Source of the DNA: Bdellovibrionales bacterium
Lineage (GTDB): Bacteria > Bdellovibrionota > Bdellovibrionia > Bdellovibrionales > UBA1609
Assembly: GCA_965219095.1 (NCBI GenBank)
Contig: CBDCMT010000001.1
Location: 1,632,001 to 1,696,000 of the forward strand
Direction of reading: 5' to 3'
Length of the DNA: 64,000 nt
Part shown: in pieces, positions 18,717-29,275 of the stretch
How the letters are laid out: the number at the start of each line of letters is the position of its first letter
Position numbering within the stretch: the stretch's first letter is position 1
The notes under the pieces: model-generated
Seen by the model: only the letters and a program-made list of their open reading frames with translations
Told to the model about the DNA's origin: nothing
Database searches by the model: none
Program-made: the position numbers and the translations under genes

Positions 18717-18920
18717 TTACTTTGATATTTTTCACCTTTTTCCTTATCAAGAGGGGCTCAATTCTTACTTGCCTTAACTCATTTCAGTAAATGATACCTC
18801 AAAGTCCTACTATTTCGATTCACACCATGGAAGTAAGGGGAGTTCAGGTCAGGTTACACATCTCAATATAGGGGAGTTGAATTATTTAAATATATAAAAT
18901 TATTAAGCAAATATATATTG

Positions 18921-18940
18921 CGATATTCTAAAAAATATCG
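18921..18940. promoter_or_regulatory. Operator-like palindrome upstream of the nucleotidyltransferase operon
   Basis: cgatatt-N6-aatatcg, ending 12 bp before ATG 18953. Confidence 0.45.
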
Positions 18941-18952
18941 TAAAATAAAACT

Positions 18953-19483
18953 ATGGTAGAAAAGCTTACAAAGTTAGATATGATGAAAGCTCTTAGGCGT
19001 TTTGACGAGCACTTGACTCAAGGCGTAGAACTTCTTGTGGGAGGAGGAGCTGCCATGGTGTGCGTCTACGACTTTCCTCTGCATACAACTGACATTGATG
19101 TAGTTTTAAAAAACACAAGCATCGATAAAATCCAGCCCATCGTTCATCAGGTAGCTCAAGAGTTAGGTTTAACAGAAGATTGGCTTAACACCTGGTACAG
19201 TTCTTTTACCTACACCTTACCTGAAGATTTTTACAAACGTATTCGACCTTTTTTTAATGGAAATTATCTTCTGGCCCATGCCTTAGGGCCAGAAGATCTT
19301 CTAGTTTTAAAATGTTGTGCTCATCGCATAAAAGATCTAGGTCATGCTCGCTTTCTAATAAGAAAAAACGCAGACTACCGGTTTGTTATGAATCATTTAG
19401 AAAAACTCTTAGAAAAAAACATTCTGCTTGATGAAAAACCCTTAGAATTTTTAGAAAATGTTTTAGAAAAGGAAAGCCTATGA
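18953..19483 (+). CDS. DUF6036/AbiEii-like nucleotidyltransferase (Pol-beta superfamily)
   Basis: LLVGGGAAM...HTTDIDVV, WLN, DLLVLKCCAHRIKD. Confidence 0.75.
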   Translation: MVEKLTKLDMMKALRRFDEHLTQGVELLVGGGAAMVCVYDFPLHTTDIDVVLKNTSIDKIQPIVHQVAQELGLTEDWLNTWYSSFTYTLPEDFYKRIRPFFNGNYLLAHALGPEDLLVLKCCAHRIKDLGHARFLIRKNADYRFVMNHLEKLLEKNILLDEKPLEFLENVLEKESL

Positions 19484-20163
19484 AAGGACTCATTTCTATA
19501 CCTACTCATAAGAAGTTAGCTTCTGTTTATTATAAATTGCAATTGGCGAGAGTACAGACCGAAAAAAACATAACTCTTTACAGCCAGTGGGTGCGTCTTG
19601 ATGCACGTTTAGGAGAGATTTTAATCGCTTATATTGCAAAGTATTGGAAAGCACATCATCCTATTTTACTCAATAAATGTATCAAAACGCAAATTTGGCC
19701 GTCTGTTTTTGGAGTTTTATTAGAGCAGACGAAACTTTATTTCTCTACAAATAAAACAAATGATGACCTTCTTCTTTTTAAGTCTTGGTCTGAATGTGTT
19801 ATGTGTGGTATAGAACCTGCATCACAAGAACTTTTCTTTTTTGATGCTTACTCTATAGGCAGTTCTTTGTTTTATCAAGAGGCCTCTCATTTTACAAAAA
19901 TTTATCGTAAATGGGGTTATTTGGGAAAGGATCTGATGCTGAATAAAACAATTAGCACAGGAAAAACACTTATGTCTTCCCAACAAAGAAAAACCATCTT
20001 AGAGGGATTAATTCAGAAAAGAAAAGCTATCACTGTTAATGACTATTTATCAGAGCTTAATTTCCAAGTGCATCGCAAACAAGCCCAAATGGACTTGAAA
20101 GAGCATAAAAAGCTAAAACCTAAAGGGCATACAAGAAATAGAATCTATTTTGTAGTCAAATAA
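19480..20163 (+). CDS. Hypothetical protein with probable C-terminal winged-HTH
   Basis: ATGA overlap with the nucleotidyltransferase; C-terminal RKTILEGLIQ...ITVNDY...VHRKQAQMDLKE...GHTRNRIY resembles a wHTH. Confidence 0.65.
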   Translation: MKGLISIPTHKKLASVYYKLQLARVQTEKNITLYSQWVRLDARLGEILIAYIAKYWKAHHPILLNKCIKTQIWPSVFGVLLEQTKLYFSTNKTNDDLLLFKSWSECVMCGIEPASQELFFFDAYSIGSSLFYQEASHFTKIYRKWGYLGKDLMLNKTISTGKTLMSSQQRKTILEGLIQKRKAITVNDYLSELNFQVHRKQAQMDLKEHKKLKPKGHTRNRIYFVVK

Positions 20164-20262
20164 GACTCTCACAACTTATAACAATTACGAAAATTAATTC
20201 GATATTTTTTATTGCCAAATCATTGAAACTTTGAAGAGTACTGTTAACTATGAAGATTTTAT

Positions 20263-20636
20263 GTAACTGCTTACCTACATTGTTCAGTTATCCCTAACTT
20301 TAGACCTGTTTTAAGATAAAAGTCTTGCTCTTACAGATTTTCTTTTAAATACTTTTTTCAAATGACAATAAATAAGACCTCCATCAGAAATGAGATTGAA
20401 AATATAAGAAGTGACTTTGATAAGTTTACAAAGAAAGGTTCTGTGCCTACTGAGATTTCTGTGATTGTTGAATCTCTCTTTAAGGTTGTGAACATTCTGA
20501 TTGTTGTGTTTTTAGAAAAACAAGTTCGAAAAAATTCCAGCAACAGCGGTCTTCCTCCTTCGCAAGATTTTAGTCGTCAAGGGAATCGTAATAAGAAAGC
20601 TAGTGGGAGTCAGAAAAAGGGCTCTAGACTTGATAA
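20263..20636 (+). mobile_element. IS66 type A (ISBst12-like) 5' fragment, truncated by IS630
   Basis: gtaactgcttacc end and KNSSNSGLPPSQD ORF (20362-20655); near-identical to 37902 onward up to the TAA junction. Confidence 0.85.
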
Positions 20637-22439
20637 TACCATTTCCAAAAATTAATTCGACATTCTTTTAACGCATTGCATCCTGGCTTTCTGATAAAAC
20701 TCTGTTAAATTTTTAGAGTCATGTCGAAAAAAGATTTAGTTACACAGATTCAAGGGTATGATTTTCTGGCTACTTACAAAGTGGAAAGAAGTGCCAACAT
20801 CAAGATAAAACTCCAAGCTTTGCAGCATATGCAAGACGGAAAATCGATTCAAGAAACAGCAGGTATAGTTTTCTATCATCATCACAGTATCAAATCCTGG
20901 TTATACCAATTACAGAAATTAATTCGACATTTTTATGTTCAAATTTAAAATTTTAAAATTGACTTAAGGAAAAGTTTCAATTAGGAGGCTTTAAAAAAGT
21001 TTTTTTTGAAGGGAGGTTGAGTTTTCATAAGATATGTTTATTTTATGTATATCTATTGTTGTGTGAATCGATTGATGGGTTAAAATAAGTGTAAAAAAGT
21101 GAGGTTAAGATGTAAAATGAAAAAAATCAGTTACGCAATTTAATTTATAGGTTCAAATTAATTTACAAGCTTGATTCATCTTGTTGTTTTGTCCAAGATC
21201 GAGTGCATAATTTTTTAATCCTGCCCTCCTGATCGCAAAAAGTATTCCAGGCCTCACAACAAGTATTCAGTATATGGTCATAGTTTTTAAAACATGCATT
21301 CGATAATTTGATCCTTCGTAATTGTTGCCAGACTTGTTCCATGGGATTTAATTCTGGACTATAAGGAGGTAAAGGCATCAGGGATAAATTCTTAGGAACT
21401 ATCAAAGTCTCTGTGGTATGCCAACTGGCTCTGTCCATTAAAACAATTCCATGATAGTTTTCTTGAATATTTTTAGATATCTCATCTAAGTGAATTTGCA
21501 TCATCCCTGAATTACATTCCGGTAAAATCCAAGCACAGCCTTTATCTTTATCCGGACAAACTGCTCCAAAAATATAAGTGGATAAAAATTGTCTTTGCCT
21601 CACAACTCTAGGCTGTGTGCCTTTTCTTGCCCAAATCCTACTCAAAGAACCTTGCTGAGCTTATTCTGCATTCATCCTGCCACCAAATCTCTATTTTATT
21701 AGTCTGAATCTTTTCCTTTATTTTCTCCACCTCTTCTGGAAAATGTTCCTTAAACTGTTCCATAGCTTCTTGTGAAGTTTTAGGATGAAGAGAACGACCA
21801 CTGATCCATACAATATTAAGGCGGTCTAAAGAAACATAAACCCCAGAAAGAGAATAGCAACAGTCAAATTCATTTGCTAAAAGTTCCTGTATTCCCTTTG
21901 CTCCTATGCTTCCTCCTTCTCTCTTGTCTTGAATTTCATCTAACTTGATTTTGAAGTTCTCTTCTTCTGTCACTGGTAAACGAGGCTTGCGCCCTCTGCC
22001 TTCTCGATCTATCAACCCCTCGTAATCAAAGTCTACAAAAAAAGACTGTAACCAGGATTTGATACTGTGACGGTGATACAAAACCATACCTGCTGTTTCT
22101 TGAATCGATTTTCCTTCTTGCATATGCTGCAAAGCTTGGAGTTTTATCTTGATGTTGGCACTTCTTTCTACTTTGTAAGTAGCTAGAAAATCATACCCTT
22201 GAATTTGTGTAACTAAATCTTTTTTCGACACTCTAAAAATTTAACAGAGTTTGATCAAAAAGCCAGGACGCTATGCGTTAAAAGAATGTCGAATTAATTT
22301 TTGGAAATGGTATTATGAAAACTTAACCTCCCCTCAAAAGAAGTTTTTTTAAAATCTCTTAACTGAAGCTTTTCCTTAAGTCAATTTTAAAATTTTAAAT
22401 TTGAACATGAAAATGTCGAATTAATTTCTGTAATTGGTA
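20637..22439 (+). mobile_element. Outer IS630 type A, internally deleted and containing an inverted second copy
   Basis: Left part 20637-20903 (MSKKDLVTQIQG ORF start) and right non-coding tail 22313-22439 ending in the TIR gtaattggta. Confidence 0.8.
20904..22312 (-). mobile_element. IS630 type A, full length (1409 bp), transposase frameshifted
   Basis: TIRs taccaattacagaaattaattcgacatt / aatgtcgaattaatttttggaaatggta; ORFs 21638-22231 and 21163-21645 (WQDE, MDRASWH, LPPYSPELNPMEQVW). Confidence 0.9.
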
Positions 22440-22605
22440 TTACAAGACATTTATAGGGATTGTAGAGGGTTTAAACAACAAAGTAAAACTCACTATGAGA
22501 AAATCTTACGGCTTTAGAACCTCTAAAGCTATAAAAATCGCCTTATATCATAACCTTGTAAAACTGCCAGAACCTCCGGGAACCCACAGATTCTTTTGAG
22601 GAGGC
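22440..22605 (+). mobile_element. ISL3 family 3' fragment with right end
   Basis: Translates as GIVEGLNNKVKLTMRKSYGFRT..IALYHNL..LPEPPGTHRFF*; ends gattcttttgaggaggc, complementary to the ISL3 left end at 62810. Confidence 0.85.
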
Positions 22606-22834
22606 TAAAACAATTACTATCCATATTTATCTTCCCGTAGTCTATGCTATTGATAGAAAATTACCTTCCAATGAAGTATTAATTCCTCATCTTGACACAC
22701 TTTCTTTTTTACCTCATGAGAGGATTGCTTTGGTCTGGAAGCATACTGGTTCTGTAAAGAACCTGAATTCTGTGGATTTTGGTACTAGGTTTTTATTCGG
22801 CCCTCGTAATACGTCACATTAGTTGGAGGGGATT

Positions 22835-25558
22835 TTACAACTTAAAGCTGTGTGGGATTTCCCGAGTCACATTAAAAGCTTTATAAAGGCTCTTTTGCTT
22901 ACCGGACAACTCTCCTAATCTTGTTTGTCCTGTGGCCAATTTATAGAACTTTAATTTATCTAAAATTTTATAGACCTCTGTTTTTGAAAATTTCTTGTAC
23001 AGATTCTTTTCTTTCATCACATTGTTTATGTGAGAGATTAAAATTAAAGCTATAAAGTTAATAAATAAACTTCCTCTCATGGTTTGTAGCGAATGAGTCC
23101 TCGCTCGCTTTTCATTTATATCATGCTTGAAAGACAAAAAAATCTTTTCAATGCTATCTTTGTTTCTATACAACTCTAAGATCTCATCTTTTGAAAGCTT
23201 TTGATCGCAATCGGTAAGTAAAATCAACACACCCATTTTTCGCATCTGCTTTTTAATATAATCCAAATCTTTCGAAATAAAAAAACCTCCCTTTTTCTTG
23301 ACAACTGTAAAGCGCTTCTTGGCACTCTTTAAGGTTTCTGCTATGCACTCATCGCACTCTTTCTTTGTCCTAAATTTCTTCTTAGAAAATCTTCGCTCAA
23401 AATAATCCAACTTCAATAGCATTTCATTTTTTTTAGACACCCTTCTCTTTTCATCCAAATATATAGTGCTTCCGTTTAGGTTTTCAGGTTCCTAAGATGG
23501 AGAAGTTATCAGTTATCAAAGTTTCTAATTTAGATCTGTGTTTTCGTATTCCTCTAAAAAATTGACTTAAACTTCCCTTGAAATCGTCATAGTTTTCATA
23601 ATATCGATTCGCCGTGACTTCTTTTTTCATAAACTTCCAAAGTCTTTCTATAGGATTTAAATTCGGTGAGTACGGAGGAAGATAAACAAGTTTTATATTC
23701 AACTCTTTCGCGAACTTCTTGACAGACTTCGATCTATTGTATCCGGCCCCATCTAAGATAAGATGAATCTCTTTTTCATCGGAATACTTCTTAATGAATA
23801 TGATAGAGCATATCACATAGAAAAACTTCGTTAACTGTCTTATAACTCCTGACTACCGTCTTCAAACTATTGATCTCAATAGCTCCACAAACATTCACTC
23901 TTTTTCTCCAGCCTGAATTGGTCTTCACTTCAAACTTCTTACTCTCTCTTATCCAACCATATGAAATCGTAGGGCCCCACTCAGGATGTGTGGAATCAGC
24001 AAAGTAAACAGGACCGTCTTTCTTCTTAATTCTCTTGTATTTACGCACAAACTTTTTCTGCTCTTCTCTCTTTGCCTTACCCGGTATCGCTGTGGCTTTT
24101 TTATAAGAAAAACCAAGGCGATGGAGAAGATCAATTACACCACTTGTTAAAGTACGTAACACCAAAATTCTCCTCAATGAACTGAATAAGGGCCTGTGAT
24201 GATGGAAAAATTCTTTTCTCTAATTCCTTTAAAAGCATTTTCTCCTCTTTCTTAGTTAAAAAGGACCTTTTAGGGTTGTAATTGTCGTTGATTAAGCACT
24301 CTATCCCGCCTTTGTTATAACGATCTCTACAGGCTCTTATCGTGCCCTCATCAATGAAAAGAAAACGGGAAATATCTTTACACAACTCACCTTTATCTAA
24401 ATGGAGAATTGTCATAATCCTTTTTCCGTACCTAAGATTTCTTTCTAAAGATAGTTCATAGAGTAAATCTTTTCGCTCTTTTTTTGATAGAAACCCTGAC
24501 ATATGAAACTATTTTTAAAAATAAATGACTTTTTATCAAGGCCTTAGAATAAAAACTAGACCTCAACTCAAAAAAAACGGAAAACCTAAGCGGAAGCACT
24601 ATATATGAGCCATACAACGAGTCTTTCCAATTTTAATTTCTCGTTTGCAGTAAGAATAAACTTGACCACGGAATACAAACGAAGAGGGAATTGAATCAAG
24701 CTCCTTACTCACAGATCCCAATAAAGCATGGGATAGACTCGTACTAAAGCTCATAGGGACGATATACGATGAAGCCTCCCTGTTTAAATCTTTTATGTTT
24801 TCTTGGCTGTAAAACCCTTTATCTAAAACAAAACACTTCAAATCTAAATCGTATTCCTTGGCTAACTGTAACACGCTCCTTAATGACACAACATCAGTAA
24901 TACTGCCCGGATACAATCGATAACCCAAAGGAAGGCTTGAACTTCCTTTGCCTAAACCTTCCTTGCTCTGACTTAAAACTCCTAAATTGACTTGATCCAA
25001 AGACTCACCATCTCGATTATAACCCCTTTCTAAAAACTCATTCTCAACACCATAAGAAGATATAGATGTAATATCAAACATAAAAACTCTGGAGCTTTCT
25101 CTGTGTACACCAATCCACTCCATAAAAAATCTCTCCACTCTCTGCTCGTCTAAACCTATAGATAAAAGAAAATTACTTATGTCCGGTGAATTAAGACAAT
25201 TCTTGGAAGAAACAAAGGATTCTTGACACCAATACGGATAAAGATAATAAGCTTCCCCCCTAATCACTTTAAAAAAAGACAAATAAAGAACCTTCTCATA
25301 TTCTTTCGGAAAAACTTTCTTTAACACCTTCACTAAATTTAATTGCTTGCTGATCTCTCGCAAAAGATGCACCCCCCCAACACCTACAGAACCTATAGGA
25401 TGTTTGTTCAACTTGGCTTCAAGCTTCCCCGTAGATTGATTCTTCTTGCCCAAATAAACTCTTCTCTGACGAGATTGTTTTTTTTCTTTGTCCCAGTAAC
25501 TGCTTATCTCATACACATAGATGCTTCCATTTCTTTTCTCTTCATACCTATAAGACAT
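22835..25558 (-). pseudogene. IS1634-like DDE transposase split by an IS630 insertion
   Basis: N-part 24599-25558 (YWDKEKKQSRQRRVYLGK, FDITSISSY, GYNRD, LDKGFYS); C-part 22835-23458 (YRNKDSIEKIF). Removing 23464-24601 plus one TA restores ..MAHIYLDEKRR in frame. Element ends approximately 22762 and 25629 (uncertain). Confidence 0.82.
23464..24601 (-). mobile_element. IS630 type B with TA duplication; transposase in three frameshifted pieces
   Basis: TIRs tagtgcttccgtttaggtttt / aaaacctaagcggaagcacta; ORFs 24131-24502, 23791-24177 (FADSTHP), 23484-23816 (LDGAGY, LPPYSPNLNPIERLW). Confidence 0.9.
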
Positions 25559-25768
25559 AGTTCAAATTGAACTATGTTTTAGGGGCTTTGTCAACTCCCT
25601 GTTGATGGCTCAAAACTCTTAACGACAGGATCAAATTTCAATCCAAAAACAGAGCCTATGAAAAACATAGCTTTAAAAAGACCTATAAAAATAGTGTGTT
25701 ATAAGTTCTCCAGAAAAACTCAATGAGACTAAATTAACTCGTTCTTATGATTTATCAGGAGTATTCTG

Positions 25769-26041
25769 TTGAAAAAAAACAGGCTCTTAGTCCTGAAACC
25801 TAGTATCAAAATTAACAGATTTCAGGTAAAGAAGTGTCCAAGTTATTATTTTGGAGAGGATGAAGGTAGCTGGTGGGCGAGTTGGAAGAGAGGATATAGC
25901 TTTGGTTTTGAAGAGATCATCAATAATGATGGTTTTATGCCAGAGGAGTTTAGGAATAGAGAGTTTGAATTCAGTTGTAATGGTGAATATTATAAGGGCA
26001 AACTTTGCTCAAGAATACGAGTTAACTTTATAGAAGAATAA
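25769..26041 (+). CDS. Small hypothetical protein or gene remnant
   Basis: 90-aa ORF with TTG start and AGGAG upstream; no recognisable family. Confidence 0.3.
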   Translation: MKKNRLLVLKPSIKINRFQVKKCPSYYFGEDEGSWWASWKRGYSFGFEEIINNDGFMPEEFRNREFEFSCNGEYYKGKLCSRIRVNFIEE

Positions 26042-26127
26042 TCGCTTCTAAATTTTGACACTGCTAAGTGTTTGTAAAGAGTCTAAACTAAGACGAGTGT
26101 AACTATCCAGTATTTGACAAATATCAA

Positions 26128-26739
26128 TTATTCTAACATTTTCAATACTTTATGACGAATAGCTATATCCTTATCCTTAACAGCTTTTGAAAGATAGTGG
26201 GTATATCCAGGAACATTCCACAAAAAAAGCAATTTCACAATATGTTTTCTAATCCATAAACTTTTAGACCCTCTAAAATTGATAGGATCATAAAGAGCCC
26301 TCCATAAGTGAGGTGAATCTTCTAAAGGCTTCCCATGCTGGGAGAGGGTTTTAACAGAGGTTGTTCTTACAATGAGAGAAGAATCTTTAAGGAAGAAGAG
26401 AGCGTATTTTCTAGCTAAAAGAGGATTAGTGTAAGAAAAACTTACAAGGCATGCATTCTTCATAAACCATTCTTTAGACGTACAGGTTTGTAAGAGAATG
26501 TTGTGGCTTTTTTTAGGGAACAAAAGGGCTAGAGACATTATAGCTTTCCACCTCATATCTAAAGTTTCATTTTTACTTTGAGATATTTTTTTGAGATCTA
26601 AGAAAGTCTTATGATCTTTTTTTAAGGTATGGGTACGTAAACTAAAAGGTAGCTTTAAGATACCCCTTAGGGAAGCAGTGGTTTCATATTTTGCACAAAC
26701 CCCTAAAGAAACAAAAAACACAAAGAAAAACAACCTCAC
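26128..26739 (-). CDS. Secreted HEAT-repeat protein
   Basis: Signal peptide; MRWKAIMSLA, EWFMKNACL, LKDSSLIVRTTSV, KDKDIAIR HEAT-like units. Confidence 0.65.
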   Translation of the reverse strand: MRLFFFVFFVSLGVCAKYETTASLRGILKLPFSLRTHTLKKDHKTFLDLKKISQSKNETLDMRWKAIMSLALLFPKKSHNILLQTCTSKEWFMKNACLVSFSYTNPLLARKYALFFLKDSSLIVRTTSVKTLSQHGKPLEDSPHLWRALYDPINFRGSKSLWIRKHIVKLLFLWNVPGYTHYLSKAVKDKDIAIRHKVLKMLE

Positions 26740-26817
26740 TCACTTATCCTACCCATTTTTCTTTTTAAAGTCGATCAAAAGCTAGCCTTTTGTAAGTTTG
26801 TATGATAGATTTTATTT

Positions 26818-28143
26818 ATGAAAAGATTCACATTGAAGGACGCAACCCTAGCCCTATGGTCAGGTGAAAAGCATAAGATTGTTTTAGAAAAACAAGATCT
26901 TGTGATTGAAGGAGGGAAGATTGTAAAACGAGGCCATAATTTAAATGAAGGAACATGCATGTCTCTAAAAGGGCTTCATATACTACCAGGCCTTATTGAC
27001 ACTCAAGTTCATTTTCGTGAACCAGGGCATCCAGAAAAAGAGAGTTTTGAAACAGGAACTTTAGCTTCTCTTTCAGGAGGTGTGACTTCTGTTTTAGATA
27101 TGCCGAACACCTCTCCCCCCACCATCACAAAAGAGGCTTTGGAAGATAAAGTGAAAAGAACAAAAGATCGCATTTGGTGTCATATGGGGTTTTTTTTAGG
27201 GGCATGTTCTGAAAATGCTCACTTTTTAAATAAAATAGAAACACAAGAAGGTTGTTGTGGTGTAAAAATCTTTATGGGCTCTTCCACAGGGAATCTTTTA
27301 TTAGAAAATGATAAGGATTTAGAAACAGCCTTTAAAACGTCTAAAAAAAGAATAGCTCTCCATTGTGAAGATGAAAAACGTTTAAAACAACGGTTTTGTT
27401 TTGCAGAAAAAAATAAGGTTCAAACACATCCTGTTTGGAGAGATGTAAAAACAGCTTTAAACGCAACTCAAAAAGCCGTTAAGCTGGCTATGAAACACAA
27501 AAGACCCATTCATATTCTTCATGTAACAACTTTAGAGGAGATAGATTATCTTAAAGATTTTAAACAGTGGGTGTCTGTAGAATGCACTCCTCAGCACTTA
27601 ACCCTACAAGCTCCTGAATGCTATGAACTCTTAGGAACAAAAGCTCAAATGAATCCTCCTATACGTTTTCAGCAGCATAAAAAAGCTCTTTGGAAAGGAA
27701 TTCACTCAGGTGTTATCGATGTTATAGGCTCTGATCATGCTCCCCACACTTTAGAGCAAAAAAGAAAACCTTATCCCGAATCCCCTTCAGGAATGACAGG
27801 AGTGCAAACAACCCTCCCCCTTTTACTTAATTACTGCTATGAAAATAAACTTTCTTTAGAAAAAATTGTAGAACTTATGGCTGAAAATCCCTGTAGGCTT
27901 TATAACATTCTAAACAAAGGGCGTATTGAAATAGGATATGATGCTGATCTTACAGTTGTTGATCTTAAAAAGAAAAAAACTATTGAAAACAAATGGATTC
28001 GTAGCCGTTGTGCTTGGACTCCTTTTGATGGCATGAAAGTTACAGGCTGGCCTGAGATGGTTTTTATTAAAGGAAAAAAAGCTATGGAGCGGGAACATAT
28101 TTTAGGCGACCCTAAGGGTGAAATTTTAAAATTTTCTCACTAA
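26818..28143 (+). CDS. pyrC: Dihydroorotase (type I, amidohydrolase fold)
   Basis: PGLIDTQVHFREPG, DMPNT, KIFMGSSTG, QMNPPIR, GSDHAPH. Confidence 0.9.
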   Translation: MKRFTLKDATLALWSGEKHKIVLEKQDLVIEGGKIVKRGHNLNEGTCMSLKGLHILPGLIDTQVHFREPGHPEKESFETGTLASLSGGVTSVLDMPNTSPPTITKEALEDKVKRTKDRIWCHMGFFLGACSENAHFLNKIETQEGCCGVKIFMGSSTGNLLLENDKDLETAFKTSKKRIALHCEDEKRLKQRFCFAEKNKVQTHPVWRDVKTALNATQKAVKLAMKHKRPIHILHVTTLEEIDYLKDFKQWVSVECTPQHLTLQAPECYELLGTKAQMNPPIRFQQHKKALWKGIHSGVIDVIGSDHAPHTLEQKRKPYPESPSGMTGVQTTLPLLLNYCYENKLSLEKIVELMAENPCRLYNILNKGRIEIGYDADLTVVDLKKKKTIENKWIRSRCAWTPFDGMKVTGWPEMVFIKGKKAMEREHILGDPKGEILKFSH

Positions 28144-29265
28144 ACGTGCACCATAAAATCCATCATATTCATCAGGCCAAGAGAAGAACTCTTCTTCTAA
28201 GGACCAATAAGGCTTGTTTTTTAAAAATTCTCTAATGACTTGTGTGTTTTCGGAAGGCAAAATACTGCAAGTTGCATAAACCATTTTACCTGAGACTTTA
28301 ACCACTTTTTCATAATTATAGAGAATATCTTTTTGTGTTTTATTTAGACTTTGTAAATCCTTTTCCAGTAGTTTCCATTTGATATCAGGTTTTCTTCTTA
28401 AAACACCTAATCCAGAGCAAGGGACATCTAATAAAAGTCTATCCATAGTTTTTTCAGCTCTTTTAAAAACTTTAGATCTAGCAAGCCTAATGTCAACAAT
28501 ATCTACTCCAGAACGTTTTAATCTTATTTTAAGTTCTTTCATCTTTCTACTTTCAATGTCTGTTGCTAAAATACGTCCCTTGTTTTGCATCAGACTAGCT
28601 AAGTGAAGTGTTTTTCCTCCAGATCCTGCACAAGCATCTAGGACACGCATTTTAGGACGAGGTTCTAAGAAAGGAGCCACTTTTTGGCTGGCTCCGTCTT
28701 GAATTTCAAAATATCCCATCTTAAAATTTTCAGAGAGAAAAACATTCTTTCTTTTTTTAAGTTTTAAAACATAAGCTCCTAACTCCTCTGTTTCAAAACC
28801 TTCGTTTTCAAGGCTTTTTTTTAGAAATTGTAAGTTGGTTTTTAATGTATTGACTCTTAAGTAAACGGAGGACTTTTTATTCAAGGACTTCAAAACATGC
28901 TCTCCTTTTTTTTGGCCTAATTCCTTTATAACCCTCTTGTACATCCAGTCAGGGAAAGATTCTTGGAAAGAAAAAATATTGGGTTTTATTTGAAAACAAG
29001 GATTTTCACATACTTCTAAAAGTCTTTCTAAAATTCTTAAAGAGTAATGGGAAGCTAAATCCTGTTTTATATAAAACAAGAATTTTCTTAGATACCTAAC
29101 CATTTCGTATAAATTCTCTGCTAGAAAACGGCGATCTCTGGAACCTAATTTTTTGTTTTCTTTAAAACATTGCTCTAAGGCTTTAGAAGCATAAAACCCC
29201 TTATTAAAAGTCTGATCCATAAGTTTTAACAGTTGGTGTTTTAAAGCTCTAGGAGTGGTTTTCAT
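28126..29265 (-). CDS. RsmB/NOP family RNA m5C methyltransferase
   Basis: LRVNTLK, FEIQDGASQ, LDACAGSGGKT, DVPCSGLG, YATCSILPSEN, DGFY. Confidence 0.9.
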   Translation of the reverse strand: MKTTPRALKHQLLKLMDQTFNKGFYASKALEQCFKENKKLGSRDRRFLAENLYEMVRYLRKFLFYIKQDLASHYSLRILERLLEVCENPCFQIKPNIFSFQESFPDWMYKRVIKELGQKKGEHVLKSLNKKSSVYLRVNTLKTNLQFLKKSLENEGFETEELGAYVLKLKKRKNVFLSENFKMGYFEIQDGASQKVAPFLEPRPKMRVLDACAGSGGKTLHLASLMQNKGRILATDIESRKMKELKIRLKRSGVDIVDIRLARSKVFKRAEKTMDRLLLDVPCSGLGVLRRKPDIKWKLLEKDLQSLNKTQKDILYNYEKVVKVSGKMVYATCSILPSENTQVIREFLKNKPYWSLEEEFFSWPDEYDGFYGARLVRKF

Positions 29266-29275
29266 TTTGTAAAAA

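Noticed and set aside
21638..21680. IS630A frameshift as programmed recoding
   Set aside because: The copy at 58787-59752 is in frame at this site, so the others are lesions or consensus errors; frameshifts confined to repeats may partly reflect unpolished long-read sequence
22606..22761. Open frame KTITIHIYLPVVYAIDRK between ISL3 and the IS1634-like element
   Set aside because: No start or recognisable family; at most an internal gene remnant
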